From Squalus acanthias (Eukaryota): a DNA stretch of 64,000 nucleotides. A program made the translations under genes and the position numbers. Positions 1 through 13,219 of the stretch are shown here, piece by piece (the stretch's first letter is position 1; every line of letters starts with the position of its first letter). The notes below the pieces were generated by a model. The model was not told where the DNA came from. It did not search any database and saw only the letters and a list, made by a program, of their open reading frames with translations. The stretch lies in contig CM059442.1 of the NCBI GenBank assembly GCA_030390025.1, positions 40,114,001 to 40,178,000 on the forward strand, in the 5' to 3' direction.

Positions 1-329
1 AGCTTATTAAAAGGTAGTTAAGAACCATTTTCCCATGTACTTACCATTTTACAAGGTTTTCAATGAGGTCCCGGAGAGCGGCTATCACATCAGGTAAGTA
101 TGTCGGGTTCTCAATGACTGTGGATTCCTGTGAATAGGTGAAAGCTGCAAAAGTGGTATAAAACCTACCATTTCACAGTCGTTCACTTCCCAATCTTAGA
201 AGCTGGAGCATTAATGATTTGGAACCTACTTTTGAGCTTAATGCACTTTTGAAGTGTTTGGAGTAATCTCTCTATCCACTGTCACCTCCTTGGAACAACC
301 TATCTCAACATTGACAGACTACTTCTGTC

Positions 330-1616
330 CTCTCAACCTCACCTGCCATCTATTCCATCAGCATCGGTGCCCTTAAAAAATCTCACCTTGGTCCTCAGAA
401 TCACAACACAATCAGCCCCAACGCCAGCATCACCGGGCACACCGGCAGCACCAACATCCACATCAATCTTCTCCGCAATCAACTGATGCTGCACTGGACA
501 CAGGGCATCATCACCCGTGCACATTGCTGCCCGGGACGCCAGCGATGGCCTCACCATGTCCAGATTTGCTTCACTTAACACTGTACACCCTGGCTGCCAC
601 ATGATGCACCAGGTTGGCACCACCCCACACCAGCACCATGAAGCATCCCTACAATGTCCAAACCATTCCTTTCACACTCATTACCATTGGGGGGGGGGGG
701 GTGGGGGGGGGGACTTTTTGTCTCACCATTCACTGGAACTCACTAAGCCACTTCCAAAGGTGCACACAAATCACTCCAAGAAGGCAAAGTGGTGACAATA
801 AGGATTTCAATGTTTGACAACACATTAACAGAAAGTTTACATGGCCATTGGCTAAAACACCCAAGTGCCTACCCTGGTGTGTTGTTAGTTGTTATGATTG
901 GACTAAGTTGAGGGTGAGTGTGAGGGGTGGCTAGTGAGATGGAGAAGTGATAATGTAGAGAGAGAGGGATGGGTTGAGGTGCAAGGTAAGTTGGTGTGAG
1001 TAAGGATGTGCAGGAGTAGGGTAGGGAAGGCAGAGTGATGGGGATGTGATGGGTGGCACAGTAGGATAAGGTTGAGTGTGGCTTTGCAGTAACGTTTCGT
1101 GTTCTACTGTGATCATTGAAATGTTTGCGCCACTACAGCCTGGTCCTCCTGACATCATCCCTGCTTGTGTCCTCCTGTGCAATGTGCAACCAGGCTGCAT
1201 TGGTGTCCTGGGGAGGTCTCTACCACCCATGGGAAGGGAAGAGAACCTCCCTGCGTTCTGTGACTCCCTCCATAAGCATATGGAGGGAGTCCTGGGAGAG
1301 CCTGGGTGCAGCCGTGCACCTTTGTGCAGTGCTTGTCAGTGTTTGCAGCATCTCAATGCTTCAGAACACTGACAGCACAAATGTCAAAATGAATGTGGAC
1401 ATGGCCCCTTTAAGGAAACCAGCTGATGGCACATCATCAGATGATGTCATCAGACCCGCTTCATTTTAATTGGCTGGGAACCTCGCAGGGAGGGCTTAAC
1501 AAGCCTAATCAGGGCAAAATCACTTGGAGGAGGCGGGATGAAGACGGGAGCGGGGTTTGAGGCCACTGTCTGCTCCGGCCGCACCAGACTTGCCACGGCT
1601 GGTGAAATCACGGCCA
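330..1616 (-). mobile_element. Degraded PIF/Harbinger-type DNA transposon remnant with a Myb/SANT-like exon
   Basis: The minus strand at ~1105-1315 translates AAPRLSQDSLHMLMEGVTERREVLFPSHGW*RPPQDTNAAWLHIAQEDTSRDDVRRTRL*WRKHFND, similar to the Myb/SANT exon of the Harbinger at 27807-28046. It has in-frame stops. Boundaries are approximate. Confidence 0.6.
689..712 (+). repeat. Poly-G tract
   Basis: About 23 G interrupted by one T. Confidence 0.9.
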
Positions 1617-2212
1617 ATGTTTCAGGTCAATGGCCTTACTTCAGCACTCCTGCTCCTCCTGGCCCAACAAGGAAAGTAAAAAAACACATCCCTGTTTGGG
1701 CCTGGCAGGAAACCCGTAACATCCAGCTGCCTGCTCAGAAGAACAGGTTAAAATGGAAGAGTGTGGAAATGGTGCGGGACATCAGCGGGTAGGTCTCATT
1801 GCCGTTTCTCACTGGTTTCCACCGGCCAGGTAGGGTTACAATCGTCCCTATAGTATTTGAACTATTATTGATTACAGTGTATTAATCTGGTTGGATGTTC
1901 TATTATCAAATAATAATTCCAATTGGGTAGCCTGACTCCGGCAGAGATCTGGATATTTTAATAACTGGATGTCATGTTAATCTGACTGTCTTTTTAATAT
2001 CCCTTCAAATAAAGCAGTTCAATTGCCTTAGGCAAGAAGTGCGGATGACGTGATGTACATCATATATCCTCTGCAGAAGGTTGTAAAATATTTGAACACA
2101 GGTAGAAATGCATTGAAAAATGAGCAAGAGGCTGGAATCTATCTTGAGCAGCAGGAAGCAAGGACTTTGAAATCCCTTGCTAATGTCAAAGAGTTACAGA
2201 TGTGACGTGTGT

Positions 2213-2296
2213 CCCTCCCCTTCCCTCCCCCTCTCCCTCTCCCTCTCCCTCTCCCTCTCCCTCCCCCGCCCTTCCCCATCCCTCATACCCCTCCCC
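2213..2296 (+). repeat. (CTCTCC)n / C-rich low-complexity microsatellite
   Basis: Tandem ctctcc units are directly visible. Confidence 0.9.
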
Positions 2297-2874
2297 CGGC
2301 TCTTGTGAGCCATATTTTTGAGTAATTTGGTGGTCCTTTGTTTTCCCATATGGATCTCTGAATGAAATTGCAGACAGAAGCCACTAAAAGCAAATTTACA
2401 AAGGTGATGTAAAAAAGCATCCATGCGATTCAAACGGCTACCTTGCTGACAAGATTTAATTTCTTCTGGCAGCGAGACTGAGCTTCTGGTGCTAATTAAT
2501 TATTCATTTTCAAGCAACCACTGCAGGCCTCTGAAGACCTTGCAGATCAGCAACCTCCAGATTTTCCAGAGACACTGAATCATATTTTATTTTTGCAGCC
2601 CACGTGAGTCAGTCAGGCGAGGAGAAACCGTATGAATTTCACCGGTATTACACGGCGAGGGTTGTAACGACGAGTGGTCAATGAGGGATCTTCTGCATTT
2701 GTACAATTCAATTGCCTAATTTATTGCACACCATACATTTTGAGGGCTGTCATTTTTCATCAATAAAATATCACCGTTTGCTGCTGTCTGTAGTGTTATA
2801 CCCAGTGATTGTTGCTCACGTGTTCCTGTTTAACGTGGCAAATTGAAATGTTACATATCCATATAAAATTATGA

Positions 2875-3205
2875 CAACAATGACTTGCATTTATATAGCG
2901 CCTTTTACATAGTAAAACGTCCCAAGGCGCTTCATAGCAGCGTTATCAAACAAAATCTGACACCTAGCCATATCTGGCGAAATTAGGACAGGAGACCAAA
3001 AGCTTGGTGAAAGAGGTAGGTTTTAAAGAGCATCTTAAAGGAGGAGAGAGAGGGAATTCCAGAGTTTAGGGCCTAGGTAGCTGAAGGCACGGCCGTCTAT
3101 GGTAGAGCGATGAAAATCGGGGATACGCAAGAGGCCAGAATTGGAGGAGCACAGAGATCTCGGAGGGTTGGAGGAGATTACAGAGATCGGGAGGGGGGGA
3201 GGGCG
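2875..3205 (-). mobile_element. L2-type LINE 3' end fragment
   Basis: Reverse complement of the tail aaggcgctatataaatgcaagt...gttg; matches the 3' region of the L2 copy at 14500-14803. Confidence 0.75.
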
Positions 3206-3539
3206 ACAGCAATAAACTCTTCAACTGGGATTTTGTGCTATGGCAAATCCTGATCAGGCCGCAGTGTAACCGGTTGGCCACCTCTGGTACAGCTGGGGTG
3301 TCACGTTTCAAGCTCTTTGACTATTTGCTCATGTATGGATTTCTGTGTAATTTATATTAAAATGTTTCTCTTAATGTTAAATATAGCTCACGAGGGATTA
3401 AATCTAAAGAGCCGTCACAAGCTGAGGGATGTGGATTAGATCCGGATTGAAATGGCTGTGAAGTGATGCCTCCCGCATTCCACTTCATCTTTCAGACATC
3501 CTTAGAAACATTCACACCTAGTATAGAAATAAAGAAGAA

Positions 3540-4737
3540 AGAAGAACGAACTTGCATTTCTATAGCGCATTCCAGGACCTCGGGACATCCCAAAGTGCTT
3601 TACAGCCAATGAAGTAATTTTGAAGTGTGGTCACTGTTGAAATGTAGGAAATGCGGCAGCCAATTTGTGCACAGGAAGCTCCCACAAACAGCAATGAGAT
3701 AATGACCCGATAATCTATGTTTGTGTTGTTGGTTGAGGGATAAATCTTCTTCTTCTTAGGCAGTCCCTCGGAACCGAGGATGACTTGCTTCCACATTAAA
3801 AATGAGTTCTCAGGTGACTGATGAGTCCAATGCGGGACCTACAGTCTCTGTCACAGGTGGGACAGACGGTGGTTGAAGGGGCGGGTGGGTGGGGTGCTTG
3901 GGTTGGCGTGCGCTCCTTCCGCTGTTTGCGCTTGGCTTCCGCTTGCTCCCAGCAAAGAGACTCGAGGTATTCGGTGCCTTCCTGGATGCTTCTCCTTCAC
4001 TTTGTGCGGTCTTGGGCCAGGGATTCCCAGGTGTCGGTGGGGATGTTACACTTTTTCAAGGAGGCTTTGAGGGTGTCCTTGAAGCGTTTCCTCTGCCCAC
4101 CTGGGGCTCTCTTGCCGTGTCGGAGCTCTGAGTAGAGCGCTTGTTTTGGGAGTCTCGTATTGGGCATGCGGACGATGTGACCCGTCCATCGGAGCTGATC
4201 GAGCGTGGTCAAAGCTTCGATGCTGGGGATGTTGGCCTGAGCAAGAACACTGACGTTGGTGCGCCTATCCTGCCAATGGATTTGCAGGATCTTGCGGAGG
4301 CAGCGTTGGTGGTACCTCTCCAGTGCTTTGAGGTGCCTGTTGTACATGGTCCATGTCTCTGAGGCATACAGGGGGGCGGGTATTACTACTGCTCTGTAGA
4401 CCATGAGCTTGGTGCCGGGTTTGAGGTACTGGTCTTCAAACACTCTCTTCCTCAGGCAACCAAAGGCTGCACTGGCACACTGGCAGCCAGTGCCAGATAA
4501 ATATTGGCCAGGACTCTGGGGATAACTCCCCTGCTCTTCTTCGAAATAGTGCCATGGGATCTTTTATGTCCACCTGAGAGAGCACCTGAGGTGGTTCAAC
4601 GTCTCATTGAAAGACGGCACTTCTGACAGTGCAGCACTCCCTTGATGTCAGCCAAGATTATGTACTCAGGTCTCTGGAGTAGGACTTGAACACACAACCT
4701 TATGACTCAGAGGTGAGAGTGCTACCACTGAACCAAG
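3540..4737 (-). mobile_element. tRNA-derived SINE with L2-like tail (Deu/SacSINE1-like), interrupted by an RTE insertion
   Basis: Minus-strand head TTGGTTCAGTGG...GTTCAAGTCC (A/B boxes) at ~4680-4735 and L2-type tail at ~3545-3600. The halves rejoin across the GATAAAT duplication. The family name is from memory. Confidence 0.7.
3746..4495 (-). mobile_element. RTE-clade (BovB-like) LINE, 5'-truncated 3' fragment
   Basis: ORF 3997-4443 (LYASETWT...CLRKILQIHWQDRRTN...QLRWTGHIVRMP..RLPKQALYSEL..GGQRKRFKDTLK) is typical of the RTE C-terminus. It has a (GAA)n tail and TSD GATAAAT at 3739-3745 and 4496-4502. Confidence 0.9.
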
Positions 4738-5296
4738 AAATAACTCCAGCAGGGGGGGCAGGTACAGGTGCAGGGAACCTTCACCCTGGGCAGGGTGGTG
4801 GGATGAGTGAAGGAGTTGGGCAAAGGTGGTAGCTGGGTTGATTGGCAATCCTTTTGGCCAATCCCCAGACATGAAGAGGTGGGGGAGGATCAGTGGACAA
4901 ACCTCCTGTGTGGCCAGGTAAGAAAAGGACACAGACTGGGTTAGTTTGGACTGGAAGGAGAGCCAGGCTTCGAAGGTGAGAAAGTTTTCAGTACCGCTGG
5001 TCCCCAGATTTTTAGTACAAAGCAGGCTGTCGAGCTACCAACCCTCTGCCAATGCTCATTATGGCCAGCTACCAGGAAGTGTGCAATATTGACCTGGAGC
5101 GAGCAATTTTTCCGTTTTCTTTCTATTCCCTGCTGGGACATACCTTCCTGCTGGCACGCCCCCACCTCACATGGTTCAGAGCGGAAATGGAATGGGGCGG
5201 CCGATTAAACCTGCATTTTCTCAATCCATGGCGATGGGTGTTACTGCACCAACACTCAATACCACCACATTAACCCTGCTGCTTATTTTTTTCCTT

Positions 5297-5478
5297 GTGG
5301 TAAATTTTCGTCTTCACCACAACTGCGATAATCTGGCTAGGGGATCATTCGCCCGTTAGAGAACTCGCACGGTTTTTACTCCATTGATTTTGGGACAAAA
5401 GTCAGGCGGGTTCTATTAATAGCAAGTGATCCGCTTCGTTAGATTAGCGGCTCTGCAGTGAAGACGAAAATCTACTCC
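5297..5478. mobile_element. Short palindromic MITE
   Basis: Terminal inverted repeats gtaaattttcgtcttcac / gtgaagacgaaaatctac (17/18 match). Confidence 0.65.
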
Positions 5479-6834
5479 CTTAGTTGTCTTTTAAAATTTA
5501 AGCCATATGGATTATATTTTACTTTAATGTAATCCTGTTTCAGTTTTAAAGATGTACAAATGTATGTAAATAATTATATCAGTGATGTCTGGCTGTCCTT
5601 TCACGAGAGTGGCCAGCTATATTACAGATAAGCAAGAAATCTTTAAATTACATCTTCTGGATTAATATTTTATAACATGCATTAACCGCAGAAATGTATT
5701 CACATCATTTTTTTTTATTACAAACATTAATCACCGCCTCTGATGATGATGATTAGGTAGTCCGAGTATGAAACAGCTCAGATGTGACTTATTTCTTGAA
5801 TCACTTTTTGATATTAGCTCTGAATGTGATGCAAATATTATGACATAGCTGGTTTTATCTCCTTGACTAAAAGACAGTTTAAGCGACGGTTGTCAAGTCC
5901 GTGAATATCTTGGTGCTGCTGAATGGCAAAATGAGACATAACAGATTAGTTTGTATTTAAGCAGTTACCTCAGACCGCTTTCCAATCCCTGACAGCGCCT
6001 GCCCAGTCCTTTGTTGGGCAGCAGAATGGTAAGATCTTGGAGTACATCTGCAATTCCTGAACTCAGTTGGGCAGCTGGGGTGAGACGCAGGCCAAAGACC
6101 ATGCACCAGAAGGAAGGGGAAATAAAATTGAACGGCCAACATTGTTCTCGTGTACCTACCTCGTAGAAGCCGTCTCGAGCAACAGAGGCAAGAATGGCTC
6201 AGGGGTTCAATCCCTTACACCATAGAGTGTTAGGATGCTGCTTCATGCTCACAGCTCCCCGTGAGGTGAGGCGATAACCATTATTTTCTTGGTCAACTGG
6301 GTGTCTTGCCATGTGTAGAAAGCTATTCGCATGTTTAAGAGTTTCCAACCCAAAAAGGTGTTTGCCTATTGTTTCTTCATGTAATGGACTGCTGAAAGAA
6401 TCATGTCAATAGTGCTAAGTTGCGCAGAGAGAGAGATGATTGGGTGCTCATCCAGTCGGGGCTTTCTGAAGGTCTACGCCTTAGTGGATTTTACCTTGCA
6501 CAGGTAAAGATGCTAATGAGATCCTGCGCAGTTCAAAATGAAATATGATTTTATGTGATGTGAAGGGACGTTATTTTCTTCTTCCTTTTAGGTCTCCTCA
6601 CAATGTGCACTATTACCCAGGCCAGAAAATGGGCAGGTGACGAGAGACTGTGGACTCAGGGTAACCCATTCATGCAACATTTCCCCTCTGTCTCGTCAGG
6701 ATAGCCTCTGGCTCTTGTGTGATGCTTCCCAGCAATGATTGAAGTTGGGATCAGGGATTCACCTCACGAAGAACATGGGATACTATCCTGAATCTAACCC
6801 TCCATCAGACTGAATGTACAACTACACTCAGGCT

Positions 6835-6955
6835 GGGAATTCACTTGGGGCCTCTCCCGCTCCGCTAATGTAACTTCGGCAAAAGTTTACGCGCGTAAAT
6901 GGGAATTCCGCCTTCACCATAACTACGGCAGCAGAGAAGCCCTGAGGAAATTCCC
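6835..6955. mobile_element. Short palindromic MITE, degraded
   Basis: Imperfect inverted termini gggaattcacttggggcctctc ... gagaagccctgaggaaattccc. Confidence 0.45.
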
Positions 6956-7356
6956 GATGGTAGAATCTAATTCATAAGTAAACATGCTGCTCCTGCCCCT
7001 CTGCTAGGTCGATCAGTATGGTGTATCGTCAATTTTGGATTGAAATAATAAAGTTTAGCGGTGATGCCTCTTATTGGATATAGGGTTGCCAATCCTCCAG
7101 GCCAGGATTGCCCTGGCGTCTCCAGAAACTAAATGATGATCTCGAGGACACTGCTGCGAGCAACCCAGGAGAAAAATCATACCGACAATAAAAAAATGTG
7201 TTTTTAAAATATTTTCTTTGAACAATTTGGTTTACTATTTATAAAAATATCAGACATGGGAAAAAGGCTGTTTGACTGACAGTCAAGAATCATCCAATCG
7301 GGTAAGAGTCTGTTCACTTTCTGATTGGTGTAGGAAGGCGGGGCACCATGAGGATT

Positions 7357-9443
7357 GACCTGGACCATGACCCCACTACCAAACATCAAGCCACCGTTTC
7401 CAAGACTGTCACTGACCTCATCTCCTCTGGAGATCCCCCCCCCACGGCCGCCAACCTCATAGTTCCCCAACCCCGCACAGCCCGCTTCTACCTCCTTCCC
7501 AAGATCCACAAACAGGACTGCCCCGGTAGACCCATCGTTTCAGCCTGTTCTTGCCCCACGGAACTTAGCTCTTCCTATCTCGACTCTATTTTTTCTCCCC
7601 TTGTCCAGTCTCTTCCCACCTACATCCGCGACTCTTCCGACGCCCTCTGCCACTTTAACAGTTTCCAGTTTCCCAGCCCCAACCGCCTCCTTTTCACTAG
7701 ACGTACAATCCCTCTACACCTCCATCCCCCACCAGGATGGCCTGAGGGTGCTCCGCTTCTTCCTTGAACAACTTCTCCTTTGACTCCACTCATTTCCTCC
7801 AAATCAAAGGTGTTGCTATGGGTACCCGCATGGGTCCTAGCTATGCCTGCCTTTTCGTGGGATATGTGGAACACTCTTTGTTCCAGTCCTACTCGGGTCC
7901 CCTCCCTCACCTCTTTTTCCGATACATTGATGACTGTATCGGTGCCGTCTCCTGCTCTCGCCCTGAACTAGAAAATTTCATTCACTATGCTTTCAATTTC
8001 CACCCTTCCCTCACCTTCACATGGTCCATCTCCGACTCTTCCCGTCCCTTCCTCGACTTCTCCGTCTCCATCTCTGGGGATAGGTTATTGACTAACATTC
8101 ACTACAAGCCCACTGACTCCCACAGCTACCTGGACTACACTTCCTCCCACCCTGCCTCCTGTAAGGACTCTATTCCATTCTCCCAGTTTCTCCGTCTCCG
8201 CCGCATCTGCTCTGACGATGCCACCTTCCATACCAGTGCTTCCGACATGTCTTCCTTTTTTCTCAACCGAGGATTCCCTTCCCCTCTACTGTGGTTGACA
8301 CGGCCCTCGACCGTGTCCGTTCTATCTCCCGCACTTCTGCCCTCACTCCTGCCCCTCCCTCCCGGAACCACGATAGCGTTCCCCTTGTCCTCACCTTTCA
8401 CCCCACCAGCCTCCACATTCAACGGATCATCCTCTGCCATTTCCGCCACCTCCAGCGTGATCCCACCACCAAACGCATCTTCCCCTCACCTCCCCTTTCA
8501 GCATTCCGTAGGGACCGCTCCCTCCGAGACACCCTAGTCCACTCCTCTACCACCCCCAGCACCCCTTCCCCTTCGCCCAGCACCTCCCCGTGCAAGCGCA
8601 GCAGATGCTACACATGCCCTTATACCTCCCCCCTTCCCACTGTCCAGGGCCCCAAACACCCCTTCCAGGTGAAACAACAGCGATTTATGTGTACTTCCTG
8701 CAATTTAGTATACTGTATTCGCTGCTCACAATGTGGTCTCCTCTACATTGGGGAGACCAAACGCAGATTGGGTGACCGCTTTGCGGAACACCTCCGTTCA
8801 GTCCGTAAGGGGGACCCTGAGCTCCCGGTGGCCTGTCACTTTAATTCTCCGCACCACTCCCACTCTGACCTCACTGTCCTCGGCCTTTTGCATTGTTCCA
8901 CGGAAGCTCAGCGTAAGCTCGAGGAACAGCACCTCATCTTTCGTTTAGGCACACTACAACCCTCTGGACTCAACATAGAATTCAACAATTTCAGATCATA
9001 ACCACGGCCCCTTTAAATATATATTTTATTTTTTCATCCATCCTTTTGTTTGGCCCCTTTTTTTCTTCCCTCCCTGAAGCTAGCAGCTGTCCTTCATTCC
9101 GCCAGCGCATTTCACACTTCATCTGGCCTCAACCTGTCTCATTACCACCTCCTCTTGTCTTGAATATCTCTTAATGTCTCTCAATGTCTCTTAATCTCTC
9201 CTGCCTTCTATACTACCACTGACCTTCCCTTTTGTTCTTTCATCCCCTCCCCCTTTTCCCAGCATTATACTTGCTTTAAATCTATTTTATTTCCTGCTTT
9301 TTTCCAGTTCTGATGAAGGGTCTTCGACCTGAAACGTTAACTCTGTTTCTCTCTCCACGGATGCTGCCTGGCCTGCTGAGTTTTTCCAGCGTTTTCTGTT
9401 ATTTCGGATTTCCAGCATCCGCAGTATTTTGCTATCGTATTAT
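7357..9443 (+). mobile_element. Penelope-like retroelement family A (RT + GIY-YIG endonuclease), 5'-truncated and frameshifted
   Basis: Motifs FYLLPKIHK, GRPIVS, GVAMGTRMGPSYA, RYIDD and LVYCIRCSQCGLLYIGET...PSGLN across ORFs 7348-9001. Hammerhead motif in the 3' UTR. TSD ATGAGGATT at 7348-7356 and 9444-9452. Confidence 0.93.
9305..9345 (+). ncRNA. Minimal hammerhead ribozyme motif (Penelope family A)
   Basis: agtt-CTGATGA-agggtc ttc gacct-GAAA-cgtta-act: intact core, helix II and a palindromic helix III, as described for Penelope-associated minimal hammerheads. Confidence 0.8.
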
Positions 9444-10046
9444 ATGAGGATTAACATGTCGGGCAACTAATGGTAGGAGTGTGGGGGCGGGTGGAGGCAG
9501 AGCTCATGTGATTGTAACCTCCAGGAATAGGTCCAACCCTAGTTGGATAGCTTGCTGACACTCGTGGTCAAACCTCACAACACCTGTCTGGCACCTGCCG
9601 AACCAAGTCCTGGCATAAGTCCACCTACTCAGAAGAGGAGAAGTTTAAAAAAAAATGCTTACCATAATTGTCTGTGTCCCGGTGACCAAAGCCACTAGTT
9701 TGAGAAAGTGTGGGTAGCTGCCCTGCACCTCAGTTTCTCTGGGCCTTAGAACTGTATCCACACTTTTTTCCACTTTGGCTAAACTTCCTTTGAATGCAGC
9801 AATCTGCTGTTTACATTACACACTTACAGCAGGTATTTATGGCCATTGTCTAGACCTCTAAACGTGCTTTGTTTAAAAATGCCATTTTACATCATGCAGT
9901 TTAATTGACTGGTGTTTTTTTTAGTGTGGTTTCATTGGGATGGATTTAATATCCAGTGCAAAAATGGGATCTAGGATCAGATTGACCACTTTTCACATTT
10001 TCACTGTAAGCTAAGTGAACAGTGAACAGTAACAGTTACCATTGAA

Positions 10047-13007
10047 TTTTTTTTATTCATTCATGGGATGTGGGCGTCGCTGGCAAGGCCAGCATTTATT
10101 GCCCATCCATAATTGCCCTTGAGAAGGTGGTGGTGAGCCGCCTTCTTGAACCACTGCAGTCCGTGTGGTGATGGTACTCCCACAGCGCTGTTAGGGAGGG
10201 AGTTCCAGGATTTTGACCCAGCGACGATGAAGGAACGGCGATATACTTCCAAGTCAGGATGGTGTGTGACTTGGAGGGGAACTTGGAGGTGGTGGTGTTC
10301 TCATGCGTCTGCTGCCCTTGTCCTTCTAGGTGGAAGAGGTTGCGGGTTTGGGAGGTGTTGCCGAAGAAACCTTGGCGAGTTGCTGCAATGCATCTTGTAG
10401 ATAGTACACATTGCCACCACGGTGCGCTGGTGGTGGAGGGAGTGAATGTTTAAGGTGGTGGATGGGGTGCCAATCAAGCAGGCTGCTTTGTCCTGGATGG
10501 TGTCGAGCTTCTTGAGTGTTGTTGGAGCTGCGCTCATCCAGGCAAGTGGAGAGTATTCCATCACACTCCCTACTTGTGCCTTGCAGATGGTGGAAAGGCT
10601 TTGGGGAGTCGGGAGGTGAGACACTCGCTGCAGAATACCAAGCCTCTGACCTGCTCTTGTTGCCACAGTATTTATGTGGCTGGTCCAGTTAAGTTTCTGG
10701 TCAATGGTGACCCCCAGGATGTTGATGGTGGGGGATTTGGCGATGGTAATGCCGTTGAATGTCAAGGGGCGGTGGTTAAATTCTCGCTTGTTGGATATAG
10801 TCATTGTCTGGCACTTGTGTGGCGCTAATGTTACCTGCCACTTATCAGCCCAAGCCTGAACATCGTCCAGGTCTTGTTGCATGCGGGCATGGACTGCTTC
10901 ATTATCTGAGGAGTTATGAATGGCAATGAATACTGTGCAGTCATCAGCGAACATCCCCATTTCTGACCTTATTGGAGGGAAGGTCATTGATGAAGCAACT
11001 GAAGATGGTTGGGCCTAGGACACTGCCCTGAGGAACTTCTGCAGCGATGTCCTGGGGCTGTGATGATTGACCTCCAACCACCACAACCATCTTCCTTTGT
11101 GCTAGGCATGACTCCACGCAGTGAAGAGTTTCCCCCCCTACTACCATTGACTTCAGTTTTACTAGGGCTCCTTGATGCCACACTTGGTCAAATGCTGACT
11201 TGATGTCAAGAGCAGTAACTCTCGCCTCACCTCTGGAATTCAGCTCCTTTGTCCATGTTTGGACCAAGGCTGTAATGAGGTCGGGAGCTGAGTGGTCTTG
11301 GCGGAACTCAAACTGGGCATCAGTGAGCAGGTTATTGGTGAGTAAGTGCCCCTTAATAGCACTGTCGACAACACCTTCCATCACTTTGCTGAAGATTGAG
11401 AGTAGACTGATGGGGCGGTAGTTGGCTGGATTGGATTTGTCCTGCTTTTTGTGAACAGGGCATACCTGGACAGTTTTCCACATCGTCGGATAGATGCCAG
11501 TGTTGTAGCTGTACTGGAACAGCTTGGCTAGAAGCGCGGCTAGTTCTGGAGCATAAGTCTTCAGCATGACAGCCGGGATGTTGTCAGGGCTCATAGCCTT
11601 TGCTGTATCCAGTGTGCTCAGCCGTTTATTGATATCATGTGGAGTGAATCGAGTTGGCTGAAGACTGGCTTCTGTGATGGTGGGGGCCTCAGGAGGAGGC
11701 CGATATGGATCATCCACTCGACACTTCTGGCTGACGATGGTTGCAAACACTTCAGCCTTGTCTTTTGCACTCACGTGCTGGGCGCCACCATCATTGAGGA
11801 TGTGGATATTCCTGGAGCCTCCTCCTCCCGTTAGTTGTTCAATGGTCCACCACCATTCACGACTGGATGTGGCAGGACTGCAGAGCTTTGATCTGGTCCG
11901 TTGATTGTGGGATCTCTTAGCCCTGTCTATAGCATGCTAATTCCGCTTTTTAGCATGCATGTAGTCCTGTGTTGCAGCTTCCCCAAGTTGGCACCTCATT
12001 TTTAGGTACTGCTGGTGCTGCTCCTGGCATGCTCTTCTACACTCCTTATTGAACCAGGGTTGGTCCTCTGGCTTGATGGTAATGGTAGAGTGAGGGATAT
12101 GCCGGGCCATGAGGTTACAGAATATGATGGAATACAATTCTGCTGCTGCTGATGGCCCACAGCGCCTCATGGGTGCCCAGTTTTGAACTGCTAGATCTGT
12201 TCCGAATCTATCCCATTTAGCATGGTGGTAGTGCCACACAACACAATGGAGGGTGTCCTCAGTGTGAAGATGGGACTTCATCTCCACAATAACTGTGCGG
12301 TGGTCACTGCTACCAATACGATCATGGACAGATGCATCTGCGACAGGTAGATTGGTGAGGACGAGGTCAAGTAGGTTTTTCCCTCGTGTTGGTTCTCTCA
12401 CCACCTGTCACAGGCCTAGACTGGCAGCTATGTCCTTCAGGACTTGGCCCGCTCGGTCAGTAGTGGTGCTACCGAGCCACTCTTGGTGATGGACATTGAA
12501 GTCCCCACCCAGAGTACATTCTGTGCCCTTGCTACTCTCAGTGCTTCTTCCAAGTAGTGTTCAACATGGAGGAGTACTGATTCATCAGCTGAGGGCGGTA
12601 GGTGGTAATCAGTAGGAGGTTTCCTTGCCCATGCTTGACCTGAAGCCATGAGACTTCATGGAGTCTGGAGTCAATGTTGAGGACTCCCAGGGCCACTCCT
12701 TCCCGACTGTATACCACTGTGCCTCCACCCCTGGTGGGTCTGTCCTGCCGGTGGGACAGGACATACCCAAGGATGGTGATGGAGGAGTTTGGGACATTGG
12801 CTGAAAGGTATGATTCTGTGAGTATGACCAGGTCAGGCTATTGTTTGACTAATCTGTAGGACAGCTCTCCCAATTTTAGCACAAGTCCCCAGATGTTGGT
12901 GAGGAGGACTTTGAAGGGTTGACTGGGCTGGGTCTGCCATTGTCGTGTCCGTAGCCGGTGCCGAGGTCGATGCCGGGTGGCCCGTCCTGTTTTATTCTTA
13001 TTATTGT
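10047..13007 (-). mobile_element. CR1-group LINE (APE + RT), near-complete coding region with stops and frameshifts; tRNA-headed family copy 1
   Basis: Motifs KVLLTNIWGL, LLDLVLTN, GSSDH, NYRPISLLS, PQGSVLGP and MFADD. Its 3' tail (gcccacatcccatgaatgaataaaaaaaa) is shared with the copies at 36633 and 53544. Confidence 0.93.
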
Positions 13008-13219
13008 GATGTGGTGAGGAAATAATGCCTCCAATAATTAAAGAACAGGAGGGTCTGAGAGGCACGTTGATATTTACTGGAATTATTTTTTGGATGGTTA
13101 AACACAGTGACCTATTTGATCTTGTAATAGAGACATGAATTACGCTCCTCTCAATTTTCTCCCTGAATTTGCATATTTCTCTAGTTTCTCTCCTATCTCC
13201 CCTCATGCCCTTTCAAAGC

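Larger units (their letters stand above)
7081..9548. mobile_element. hAT-like MITE (TAGGGTTGCCAA terminus) split by a Penelope insertion
   Basis: 7081-7356 and 9444-9548 align with the uninterrupted relative at 58876-59148. Confidence 0.6.

Noticed and set aside
6592-6660. Strong-looking splice acceptor (ttttcttcttccttttag) and a short possible exon
   Set aside because: The peptides are not recognisable and the donors are weak.
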